Below, piece after piece: positions 29,242-37,297 of a stretch of 53,366 nucleotides of DNA. The stretch comes from a virus (taxonomy: Duplodnaviria; Caudoviricetes). Position numbers and translations under genes: made by a program. The notes beneath the pieces were generated by a model that made no database searches, had not been told where the DNA came from, and saw only the letters and a program-made list of their open reading frames with translations. Within the stretch, counting starts at the first letter, position 1; the number at the start of each line of letters is the position of its first letter. Location: positions 1 to 53,366 of the IMG/VR virus record IMGVR_UViG_3300017747_004654; one strand, written 5' to 3'.

Positions 29242-29284
29242 AATGCTCTTCTACAATATTCAAAAAAAATAGAAGGGCATTTTT
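29242..29284 (+). terminator. Terminator/attenuator between sheath and tube
   Basis: AATGCTCTTCTA/TAGAAGGGCATT stem plus Ts. Confidence 0.65.
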
Positions 29285-29368
29285 ATACCACATATTTATT
29301 AACAAAAAATAGATTTTCCTTTTTTTTATAATATTTATCAACGATACAAAAAAACAAAAATATAAATC

Positions 29369-29857
29369 ATGGCAATATTAGACGCAAACGAAATATTTTT
29401 TACAAGCTTTGAACCCAAACAAGCTAATCGTTTTATACTATATGTAGATGGATTTCCTTCATATATTATAAAAGGAATGGGAGCTGTTACTTTAGAAATG
29501 GGGAAAGTTGAATTAAATCATATTAATATAAACCGTTATGTTAAAGGAAAAACCAAATGGGGAAACATTCAGTTAACATTATTTGATCCTATCACTCCTT
29601 CAGGTGCTCAAGCAGTAATGGAATGGGTTCGTTTACATCACGAATCAGTAACTGGACGTGACGGTTATTCTGATTTTTATAAAAAAGATTTAACTGTAAA
29701 CATTTTAGGACCAGTAGGTGATATCGTAAGTGAATGGATTTTAAAAGGATGTTTAATAGAAAATACAAATTTTGGTGAATTAAGTTGGGATACAGAAAAT
29801 ACAGCAGTAAATATCCAAATGACTGTCCAACCAGATTATTGCATATTGAATTATTAA
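29369..29857 (+). CDS. Tail tube protein (gp19-like)
   Basis: EPK..NRF, GKTKW..I.LT..D, YKKD, W.L.G; follows the sheath; ATATTTATC at 29331. Confidence 0.9.
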   Translation: MAILDANEIFFTSFEPKQANRFILYVDGFPSYIIKGMGAVTLEMGKVELNHININRYVKGKTKWGNIQLTLFDPITPSGAQAVMEWVRLHHESVTGRDGYSDFYKKDLTVNILGPVGDIVSEWILKGCLIENTNFGELSWDTENTAVNIQMTVQPDYCILNY

Positions 29858-29876
29858 TTTGTAAAATTAAATTATG

Positions 29877-29910
29877 AAAACCCCAACCAAAAATTGGGGT
29901 TTTTATTTTT
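29877..29910 (+). terminator. Rho-independent terminator
   Basis: AAAACCCCAA/TTGGGGTTTT stem plus Ts. Confidence 0.8.
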
Positions 29911-29917
29911 ATAAAAT

Positions 29918-30484
29918 ATGCTTTTAAAAGAAATAATAGATTATATTGGAGTAGAAGATATTCCAACATTCCAAAATTGGGATGAATTAAAAGAGTTTTT
30001 TAAAGAACATAAATCTGAATTAGAATATTTAAAGAATTATGAAGGTGAAACTAATCTATTAGGAAGTGGATCAAACGGTAAAGCATTTAGAATTAAAGGA
30101 ACAAATAAAGTAATAAAAGTTACTACTAGTAGAGAAGAATTAGGAAATGCTAAAGCATTATTAAATAAAAATTTTACAACTTTAGCTCACATATATTATG
30201 TTCAAAATATTAAACCTAATTTAGGAATAATAATAACAGATCTATATGAACCTTTAAGTAGTAAAGAAAAAATTGAATTTAAAAATATTATACCATACGC
30301 TTTAGAATATTTTTATGATAATTGGAAAGATTATAAAAAATATATAAAAAATCCCAAAATTATTGAATTTATAGAACATCTTAAAATAGAATATTCTTCA
30401 AGCTTAAATCTAGATGAAATAGATTTTCATATAGGTAATATATTAAAAAATAAAGAAGGCGATTATATATTAATTGATATTTAA
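29918..30484 (+). CDS. Minimal protein-kinase-like enzyme
   Basis: LLGSGSNGKAF Gly loop, VIKVT Lys, alphaC Glu, DFHIGNIL catalytic loop, LIDI. Confidence 0.75.
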   Translation: MLLKEIIDYIGVEDIPTFQNWDELKEFFKEHKSELEYLKNYEGETNLLGSGSNGKAFRIKGTNKVIKVTTSREELGNAKALLNKNFTTLAHIYYVQNIKPNLGIIITDLYEPLSSKEKIEFKNIIPYALEYFYDNWKDYKKYIKNPKIIEFIEHLKIEYSSSLNLDEIDFHIGNILKNKEGDYILIDI

Positions 30485-30590
30485 GTCAACGCCATTTATT
30501 AATTTTAATTTTAAATTGATTATAACGCATATATTAATTTAATAACGCATTATAAAATTTTTATATTAATTTTATTTTTTAAAAAACACA

Positions 30591-30599
30591 ATATTTATA
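30591..30599 (+). promoter_or_regulatory. Late-type motif ATATTTATA
   Basis: Exact motif upstream of ATG 30628. Confidence 0.6.
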
Positions 30600-30627
30600 A
30601 CATATAACCAATTAAAACAACAACACT

Positions 30628-30909
30628 ATGCCAGCTCCAGGAAATTTTGAATACACTAATGGAAATAACAAACTTAAAGATATTGAACAATATCTTGATT
30701 CAGTATCATCTTATTTAACCAATAGTTCACTTCCGGCTTCAACTGTTAGTGAAAGCTTAACAGTAAATAATTTATTAACTCTTACTCCAATCACTACTGC
30801 TTTACCTACAGGTAAACCAACAGGTTCAATAGTAGCCTCAGGTAGTGGAGCAAGTTTAAAATTGTATTTATATAACGGAACATCATGGATGTCAGGTTCT
30901 TGGGTTTAA
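30628..30909 (+). CDS. Small fibre-like virion protein
   Basis: PTGSI...KLYLYNGTSW fibre-type motif. Confidence 0.55.
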   Translation: MPAPGNFEYTNGNNKLKDIEQYLDSVSSYLTNSSLPASTVSESLTVNNLLTLTPITTALPTGKPTGSIVASGSGASLKLYLYNGTSWMSGSWV

Positions 30910-30933
30910 AAATAACACTATATTAAAATTTAG

Positions 30934-30959
30934 AAACCCACAATTTTGTGGGTTTTTTT
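30934..30959 (+). terminator. Rho-independent terminator
   Basis: AAACCCACA/TGTGGGTTT stem plus Ts. Confidence 0.85.
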
Positions 30960-30980
30960 AACAATTTTTTACAAAAAATA

Positions 30981-31012
30981 TTTGGCTTTTAAAGATATTG
31001 TATATATATTTA
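30981..31012 (+). promoter_or_regulatory. Host-type promoter
   Basis: TTTG-N20-TATATTTA. Confidence 0.65.
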
Positions 31013-31038
31013 CATAAGAAATTATAAAATTAAAAATT

Positions 31039-31389
31039 ATGAATACTGAAAAATTAGTTCAAGGGATTAAACAAAGATTAATTATAGCTGGTGTATTAGG
31101 TATAATATTTTACCCATTTTATAAAATGACTGGTAAAAAAGTTGGGCCAGCCATGGTTTTAACAGGTTTATTTATTTTTTTAATTCCTGTATTTCTAATA
31201 GGTTTTATGGGTATTGGTAGTGCAATTTATAATGCCACATTAACTCCTGAACAGCAAAAAGAACAAGAAAACAAAAAATTACTAGAAAGTGTTTTTGAAA
31301 TTAATTGGGATGAACACTTGGATGATTATGATGAAGATCACATGTATGATCCTAACAAATACCCACCAGCATTCCCTGATGGTGAATAA
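31039..31389 (+). CDS. Two-TM membrane protein (moron-like)
   Basis: Two hydrophobic segments and an acidic tail; has its own promoter and terminator. Confidence 0.65.
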   Translation: MNTEKLVQGIKQRLIIAGVLGIIFYPFYKMTGKKVGPAMVLTGLFIFLIPVFLIGFMGIGSAIYNATLTPEQQKEQENKKLLESVFEINWDEHLDDYDEDHMYDPNKYPPAFPDGE

Positions 31390-31411
31390 AATAATTATGA
31401 AAAAAATAATT

Positions 31412-31446
31412 AAGCTTGTTCTTTTGAATAAGCTTTTTTATATTTT
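31412..31446 (+). terminator. Terminator with an embedded host-type promoter
   Basis: AAGCTTGTTC-tttt-GAATAAGCTT plus Ts; CTTG-N20-TATATTTT. Confidence 0.65.
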
Positions 31447-31448
31447 AT

Positions 31449-31457
31449 ATATTTATA
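31449..31457 (+). promoter_or_regulatory. Late-type motif ATATTTATA
   Basis: Exact motif upstream of ATG 31485. Confidence 0.6.
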
Positions 31458-31484
31458 TAAGTAATAAAGTTATTAAAATAGATT

Positions 31485-32237
31485 ATGGAAAACAATTCAA
31501 ACCCTACTCCCCAAACCCATTCATTTCCTACCGAAGAAATTGAATTACCATCTAAAGGATTATTATACCCATTAGATAATCCTCTTTCATCTGGTAAAAT
31601 TACTATGAGATATATGACTGCTGAACATGAAGATATATTAACTAATAAATCATATATTGAAAAAGGAGTAGTATTAGATAAATTAATGCAATCTTTAATA
31701 GTATCTAAAGTAAATTATGATGATATAATTATTGGAGATAAAAATGCTATTATGGTAGCAGCTCGTGTATTAGGATATGGTAAAGATTATGAATTTATGT
31801 ATGACGGGGAAAAACAAGTTGTTGATTTATCTAAAATTGAAAATAAACCATTTGATGAATCATTAGTAACTAAAGGTATAAATGAGTTTAATTTTACTCT
31901 TCCCAGTAATGGTACTAAAATTACATTTAAAATATTAAATGGTCATGATGAAAAGAAAATAGATCAAGAACTTAAAGGGTTATCCAAAATTAATTCTAAT
32001 AATTCACCAACTTTATCTACTCGTCTTAAATATATTATAACATCTGTTGAAGAAGATAAAGATCCCAAAACAATTAGACAATTAGTAACCAATCTCTTAG
32101 TCAGAGATTCCAAAGCATTAAGGGATTATATAAAAAAAATCCAACCAGATGTAGATCTGACTTTTTTTCCCCTCGGACAAGACACATCCGTTTCAATCCC
32201 CGTCGGTATTGGATTTTTTTGGCCTGACAGTGAATAA
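31485..32237 (+). CDS. Tail/baseplate assembly chaperone (T4 gp26-like)
   Basis: IELPSKG..Y, MT...EDIL, D...I...R..GYG, FFWP C-terminus; upstream of the tape measure. Confidence 0.8.
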   Translation: MENNSNPTPQTHSFPTEEIELPSKGLLYPLDNPLSSGKITMRYMTAEHEDILTNKSYIEKGVVLDKLMQSLIVSKVNYDDIIIGDKNAIMVAARVLGYGKDYEFMYDGEKQVVDLSKIENKPFDESLVTKGINEFNFTLPSNGTKITFKILNGHDEKKIDQELKGLSKINSNNSPTLSTRLKYIITSVEEDKDPKTIRQLVTNLLVRDSKALRDYIKKIQPDVDLTFFPLGQDTSVSIPVGIGFFWPDSE

Positions 32238-32508
32238 CTGTGCTGAAATTAGATTAAATATATTTACACAAATCCACGAAATTGTATTTCATGGAAAAGG
32301 AGGATATAACTGGAATACAGTGTATAATATGCCTATATGGTTAAGGAAATTTACTTTTAATAAAATCCAAGAATATTACGAAAAGGAAAATAAACAAGTA
32401 GAGGAAATGTCTCAAGGAGATAAAAAAGTACTTATGGATTCTAGTGGTAGAATTAATAAAGAAAATCTTCCTTTATCACCACAAAATAAAAAAACATCAT
32501 ATAAATAA
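32209..32508 (+). CDS. gp51-like chaperone extension, probably expressed by frameshift
   Basis: Overlaps the upstream gene in the +1 frame at a T7 run; no ATG before internal MPIWLR; VYNMPIWLRK motif. Confidence 0.7.
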   Translation: MDFFGLTVNNCAEIRLNIFTQIHEIVFHGKGGYNWNTVYNMPIWLRKFTFNKIQEYYEKENKQVEEMSQGDKKVLMDSSGRINKENLPLSPQNKKTSYK

Positions 32509-32523
32509 TTTTTTATTTAGCTT

Positions 32524-32532
32524 ATATTTATA
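32524..32532 (+). promoter_or_regulatory. Late-type motif ATATTTATA
   Basis: Exact motif 9 nt upstream of the tape-measure ATG. Confidence 0.6.
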
Positions 32533-32541
32533 AATAAAATA

Positions 32542-34890
32542 ATGGCTGATAATAAAAATAAACCCCAAGGTTATACGCCGGAAGATATAGAAAATAGTAA
32601 AGAATTTCTTAGTAATCTTACTAAAATTAATAAGGAATTAAAAGAAAATAAAAAAAATAATAAAGAAATTCTAAATATAACAAAAAATCTTGAATCAACT
32701 TCTTCAAAAATATTATTAATCCAAAAAGATGAAATAAAAGCAACAGATGAAGAATTACAATCTTTATCAAAATTTTTAGAAAAAAAAATTCAAGAATTAA
32801 AAATAGAAAAACAAATATTACAAGCTAAAGATCCTAAAAATGAAAATGAACAAATACAAAAGCAATTAAAATCAATAAATACTCTTGAAGGTTCATTAGT
32901 AAGTCAACAAAAAGCTTTACAAAATATGATGGGGAGTTCTAAAGGATTTGGGAACGCCCTTAAAAGCGCGGTTGGAGAATCTAAATTACTAAGTGGACTT
33001 ACATCAAAAATATCTCCAAATCTTATAAAGGGTTTAGAATCTATGAATCCATATGTTTTAGCTACTACTATATTAGTTGAACTTATTAATCAATTAATAG
33101 AAGCTTTTAAATTTCTTGATAGTTCAAGTGGTGTACTAGCTAAAAATTTTGGAACTTCATATGATGAAGCAGCAAAACTTAATTCTGAATTAATCCAAAC
33201 AGCAGCTTCATCAGGAAATATATATGCTACTACAAAAAACCTACAAGAAGCATATTCAGATATAAACAATGCATTTGGTACATTTGCTAGATTAAATGAT
33301 AAAACATTACTTACCTATACTGAATTAACAAAACAAATAGGTTTATCCAAAGAAGCATCTTTATCTTTATTTAAAAGTTCATTACTTACCAGTAAACCTT
33401 TAGAAAAAACTACTAAAGAATTTATGGGGCAAGCTAAATTAATGTCCGTACAAAAAGGTTTAGCCCTTAATCAAAAACAACTCCAAGAAAGTATCTCCAA
33501 AATTTCATCAGCAACTACTCTTTCATTAAAAGCAAATCCTAAAGCATTGGCAGAAGCTGTAGTAAATGCTAAAGCTTTAGGAGTTGAGATGGATCAAGTA
33601 GAAAAAATAGCTAATTCATTATTACAATTTGAATCCTCTATTGAAAATGAAATGGCTGCTGAATTATTAACTGGAAAACAAATAAATTTAGAAAGAGCTA
33701 GATTAGCATCTTTAAATGGAGATATAGCTACAGTTGCTGAAGAAATAGCTAAACAAGTTGGTACTGCTGCTCAATTTGGTAAAATGAATGTTCTTCAACA
33801 AGAAGCATTAGCTAAAGGAGTAGGAATGGAAAGAGAAGAATTAGCAAAAGCATTAACTGAACGAGAAGCATTGAAAAACATAGGTGTTAAAGATGCTGCT
33901 GAAGCAAAGAAAAAATTTGATTTATTAGTAAAGGAAAAAGGATATGCTACTGCTGTTAAAGAATTAGGAGATGAACAATATGCCAAACAACTCCAAAGTG
34001 CTAGTTTACAGGAAAGATTTAATCAATTAATTGAAAAAGGTAAAGAATTATTTGTTCAAATGGTTGAACCATTAATGCAATTTGTTGGTCCTTATATGGA
34101 ATTATTAACTGTATATTGGGGTGAACTTTTTAAACAAGTAGAGGCAATAATGGAACCTTTTAAAGAAATTGGTAAAGAATTAGGATTAATTAAAGAAGGT
34201 AGTGGAGGGTTTATGGATATAATGAAAAAAATTATACCAATAATAACCAAACTACACCCAGCAATCATTAGTCTACAATTAGCTGTTAAAGTAATAATGT
34301 TTCCTATTTTGCAAATAGTTAAAGGATTTAATTTAATTAAAACAATAATACAAAATATAGGCCCAGCACTTAATGGAAACGAAGAAGCAATAAAAAAAAT
34401 AGGTGAATCTGCTAAATCATATTTCATAGCACCTTTTAAATATCTTTTTGAAATAATTACTTTTGTTCCTAAAAAAATAATATCAGCATTTGATCCACTT
34501 AAAGGTTTAATAAGTAGCATAATTGACAGAATCGAAAATTCTATGCTTGGAAGTGTTATAAAAAAAGGAGCAGGAATTTTAGGTTCTACAAATATTTTTG
34601 GTAGTATAAAATCAGCAGTGGGTGTTCAAGATGGTATAGCTCCATCAAGTAAAGGTCCATTTACTATAACTGATAAATATGGAGCTACAGCAGTAACAGC
34701 TCAAGGTGATAATTTAGCTGTTAGCCCAAACATGTCTAAAGGTAATAATGTTTCATCTGCAGGTATGGTAGAAGAATTAAAAGCTATAAAACAATTATTA
34801 TCACAAATATTATCTAAAGAAGGAACTATAAATATTGATGGAAATAAAATTGGTCAAGCTTTGAGTTTAGCATCTTATAAAACTCAATAA
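32542..34890 (+). CDS. Tape measure protein
   Basis: Long Ala/Lys/Glu helical protein, FESSIE.E..AELLTG, after the chaperones. Confidence 0.85.
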   Translation: MADNKNKPQGYTPEDIENSKEFLSNLTKINKELKENKKNNKEILNITKNLESTSSKILLIQKDEIKATDEELQSLSKFLEKKIQELKIEKQILQAKDPKNENEQIQKQLKSINTLEGSLVSQQKALQNMMGSSKGFGNALKSAVGESKLLSGLTSKISPNLIKGLESMNPYVLATTILVELINQLIEAFKFLDSSSGVLAKNFGTSYDEAAKLNSELIQTAASSGNIYATTKNLQEAYSDINNAFGTFARLNDKTLLTYTELTKQIGLSKEASLSLFKSSLLTSKPLEKTTKEFMGQAKLMSVQKGLALNQKQLQESISKISSATTLSLKANPKALAEAVVNAKALGVEMDQVEKIANSLLQFESSIENEMAAELLTGKQINLERARLASLNGDIATVAEEIAKQVGTAAQFGKMNVLQQEALAKGVGMEREELAKALTEREALKNIGVKDAAEAKKKFDLLVKEKGYATAVKELGDEQYAKQLQSASLQERFNQLIEKGKELFVQMVEPLMQFVGPYMELLTVYWGELFKQVEAIMEPFKEIGKELGLIKEGSGGFMDIMKKIIPIITKLHPAIISLQLAVKVIMFPILQIVKGFNLIKTIIQNIGPALNGNEEAIKKIGESAKSYFIAPFKYLFEIITFVPKKIISAFDPLKGLISSIIDRIENSMLGSVIKKGAGILGSTNIFGSIKSAVGVQDGIAPSSKGPFTITDKYGATAVTAQGDNLAVSPNMSKGNNVSSAGMVEELKAIKQLLSQILSKEGTINIDGNKIGQALSLASYKTQ

Positions 34891-34895
34891 TTACA

Positions 34896-34904
34896 ATATT
34901 TATA
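34896..34904 (+). promoter_or_regulatory. Late-type motif ATATTTATA
   Basis: Exact motif 14 nt upstream of ATG 34919. Confidence 0.65.
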
Positions 34905-34918
34905 ATAAAAACAAAAAT

Positions 34919-35176
34919 ATGGGACTATTAGATAAATTAACAAACAATGGATCTACACTTTCTGTAGGTAATGGAGCTACACCATCTATCAATCCATTAG
35001 CAACTGCTGCTTCTAGATTACATGATAGCTATTCTATAAATGGAAGTAATGCTTCTTTGGTAAATAGTCAATATGCTTCATATAATGATGGAGCTATTAA
35101 TATTTTACCCCAACCTTCACAATTAGATTTAGACGGAGCTACACCTACTCAGTATTTAGATAATCTACCTGGATAA
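34919..35176 (+). CDS. Small tail/baseplate protein
   Basis: Synteny; upstream late motif. Confidence 0.5.
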   Translation: MGLLDKLTNNGSTLSVGNGATPSINPLATAASRLHDSYSINGSNASLVNSQYASYNDGAINILPQPSQLDLDGATPTQYLDNLPG

Positions 35177-35179
35177 TAA

Positions 35180-36991
35180 ATGGGTTTAATTAATCGTCAA
35201 ACAGATTTAAAAAGCCTAAAATTTGGAAATGATAGATTTGGTGGTGGTTCTTCAAATCAACCATACATCCAAACCCCTATTCCTGATGGAGTAAGTGCTT
35301 TAGGAAACCAAAATACAGACTTTATTTTGAGAGGGGGAATATTATCTCCTATTCTTGCCGCGTTTGATGCTGCAAGATTAACAAAATACATGTTTGATAT
35401 TAAATCTCCTGCAGGACTTTTATTCACCACAAAACAAAATCTTTTATCATTACAAAATGTAAAATCTGTAGGATTCCCAGCAAATCCAAATTTAATCCCT
35501 TCATCAATAAATGGAGGCATATATTTACCTACTAATACCATAGCTCAAGCTTTAGTTAATCCTTTAGGAATACACTTACCAAAACAAGGTTTATTACCTA
35601 TTCCACCAAGTGATCAAGAAAAATATTTTTATATAACTAAAGATTTAGAATCCGCAAATCATTTATCAAACAGATTAACTTTACTATTTAAAACAAAAAT
35701 AGAAAATTCAGGTTCAATATCAAATAAAACATTTGGGGTTGATAGCGCAGATGGTAGTGGTGTATTATTAAAATATTCTGGTGGACCTAATTCTGTTGGA
35801 GGATTTGGAAATACAATTATTAGAATTACAAATCCAACATTACCAAAATCAGGATCAATTGCTATATCTTTCCCAACAGGAAAATATAATGGTGCTACTG
35901 TTACAACATATCAAATACCTATTTCTTCATCAATAAAATTTATAGATGGAGAAGTACCCCAATATACCTTACTTTCTGGAAGTTATGTTTCTAACAATTA
36001 TGCTAATTCTACTACTAACTTTACAGAAAATTATAATATTGTTTACACATATAATAGAACTTTATTAGAATCTATAAATACAAACACCACAGGCTCAACA
36101 AGATTAATAAAAAATAACCCAATTACTAATCTTACTGATTTTAGACAAGTATTAATAAAAGATAATAAACTAAATACATCTACAATATTATCATTATCTC
36201 CAGATTATTCTACAAAAAATATTGAAAACCGAGTAAATTTAGGAGATCCAGGAATAAGAAATAGAGATAGATTTAATTATACTTCTGGTTCTAGTGATGG
36301 GCCTTTAGACAAAATTACTGCTTCTCCTATCTATAAAGCTTCAGGTCATAAACAAGATTATACAGGCAAAGACCCAGAAGAATTAAACGATTTGGTTTCT
36401 TTTAGAATAGCAATAATAGATAATGATAATCCTAGTCAATATCATTTTATTCATTTTAGAGCATTTATAGATAGTTTTTCAGATTCATATACTGCAGAAT
36501 GGGGGGATGTAAAATATGTAGGAAGAGGAGAAAAATTTTATAATTATAATGGATTTGATAGAAGTATATCTTTAGCATTTACTGTTCCTGCTCAATCAAA
36601 GCAAGAATTAATTCCAATGTATAAAAAACTCAATTACCTAGCATCATCTCTAACCCCAGATTATAATCAAAATAATGGAGGATTTATGAGAGGTAATATT
36701 GCTAAATTAACTGTAGGTGGATATGTTTATGAACAACCTGGAATTATTAAATCATTAACATATGATATTCCTAGTGAATCTCCTTGGGAAATAGCATTAA
36801 ATACTAATGGAGAAATTGATAAAAGTGTTAAAGAATTACCTCATATTATAAAAGTAAGTTCATTTACATTTGTTCCTATTCATAGTTTTCTTCCTAAATT
36901 TCAAGGAGATGATGTTAATGGTAGAGCTAGATTTATTTCATTAAAAAGTGGAAATGATAATTATAGTGATACAACAAATATTTTATTTTAA
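35180..36991 (+). CDS. Baseplate/tail-tube initiator protein (gp48/gp54-like C-terminus)
   Basis: FRAFI..FSD.Y...W....YVGRGE.FY.Y.GF.R.I...F, LTVG. Confidence 0.7.
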   Translation: MGLINRQTDLKSLKFGNDRFGGGSSNQPYIQTPIPDGVSALGNQNTDFILRGGILSPILAAFDAARLTKYMFDIKSPAGLLFTTKQNLLSLQNVKSVGFPANPNLIPSSINGGIYLPTNTIAQALVNPLGIHLPKQGLLPIPPSDQEKYFYITKDLESANHLSNRLTLLFKTKIENSGSISNKTFGVDSADGSGVLLKYSGGPNSVGGFGNTIIRITNPTLPKSGSIAISFPTGKYNGATVTTYQIPISSSIKFIDGEVPQYTLLSGSYVSNNYANSTTNFTENYNIVYTYNRTLLESINTNTTGSTRLIKNNPITNLTDFRQVLIKDNKLNTSTILSLSPDYSTKNIENRVNLGDPGIRNRDRFNYTSGSSDGPLDKITASPIYKASGHKQDYTGKDPEELNDLVSFRIAIIDNDNPSQYHFIHFRAFIDSFSDSYTAEWGDVKYVGRGEKFYNYNGFDRSISLAFTVPAQSKQELIPMYKKLNYLASSLTPDYNQNNGGFMRGNIAKLTVGGYVYEQPGIIKSLTYDIPSESPWEIALNTNGEIDKSVKELPHIIKVSSFTFVPIHSFLPKFQGDDVNGRARFISLKSGNDNYSDTTNILF

Positions 36992-36994
36992 AAA

Positions 36995-37297
36995 ATGGAC
37001 AGATATTCTAAAATAGATATATTATCTTCACCAACTGGTAAAAAATACTATAAAGGAGTTACATACCCGGAAATACCTTTATCTGAAAATGATATATATA
37101 TTATTACTTCTATTGGAGATAGATTAGATATAATATCACAACAATATTATTCTGATAGTTCTTTATACTGGATATTACTTTCATCAAACCCAACTTCAGA
37201 TCAATCAAGTCTTTACCCAGAAGTAGGAACACAATTAAGGATTCCTACAAATTTAGATGAAATATTAACTAATTTTAATAAAATAAATGGTTTATGA
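36995..37297 (+). CDS. LysM/gpX-like baseplate protein
   Basis: GDRLD.IS.QYY.D..LYWI...NP...G..LRIP. Confidence 0.8.
   Translation: MDRYSKIDILSSPTGKKYYKGVTYPEIPLSENDIYIITSIGDRLDIISQQYYSDSSLYWILLSSNPTSDQSSLYPEVGTQLRIPTNLDEILTNFNKINGL

Noticed and set aside
31289-31543. Plus-strand 84-aa ORF
   Set aside because: It overlaps two better genes and crosses a terminator and two promoter motifs
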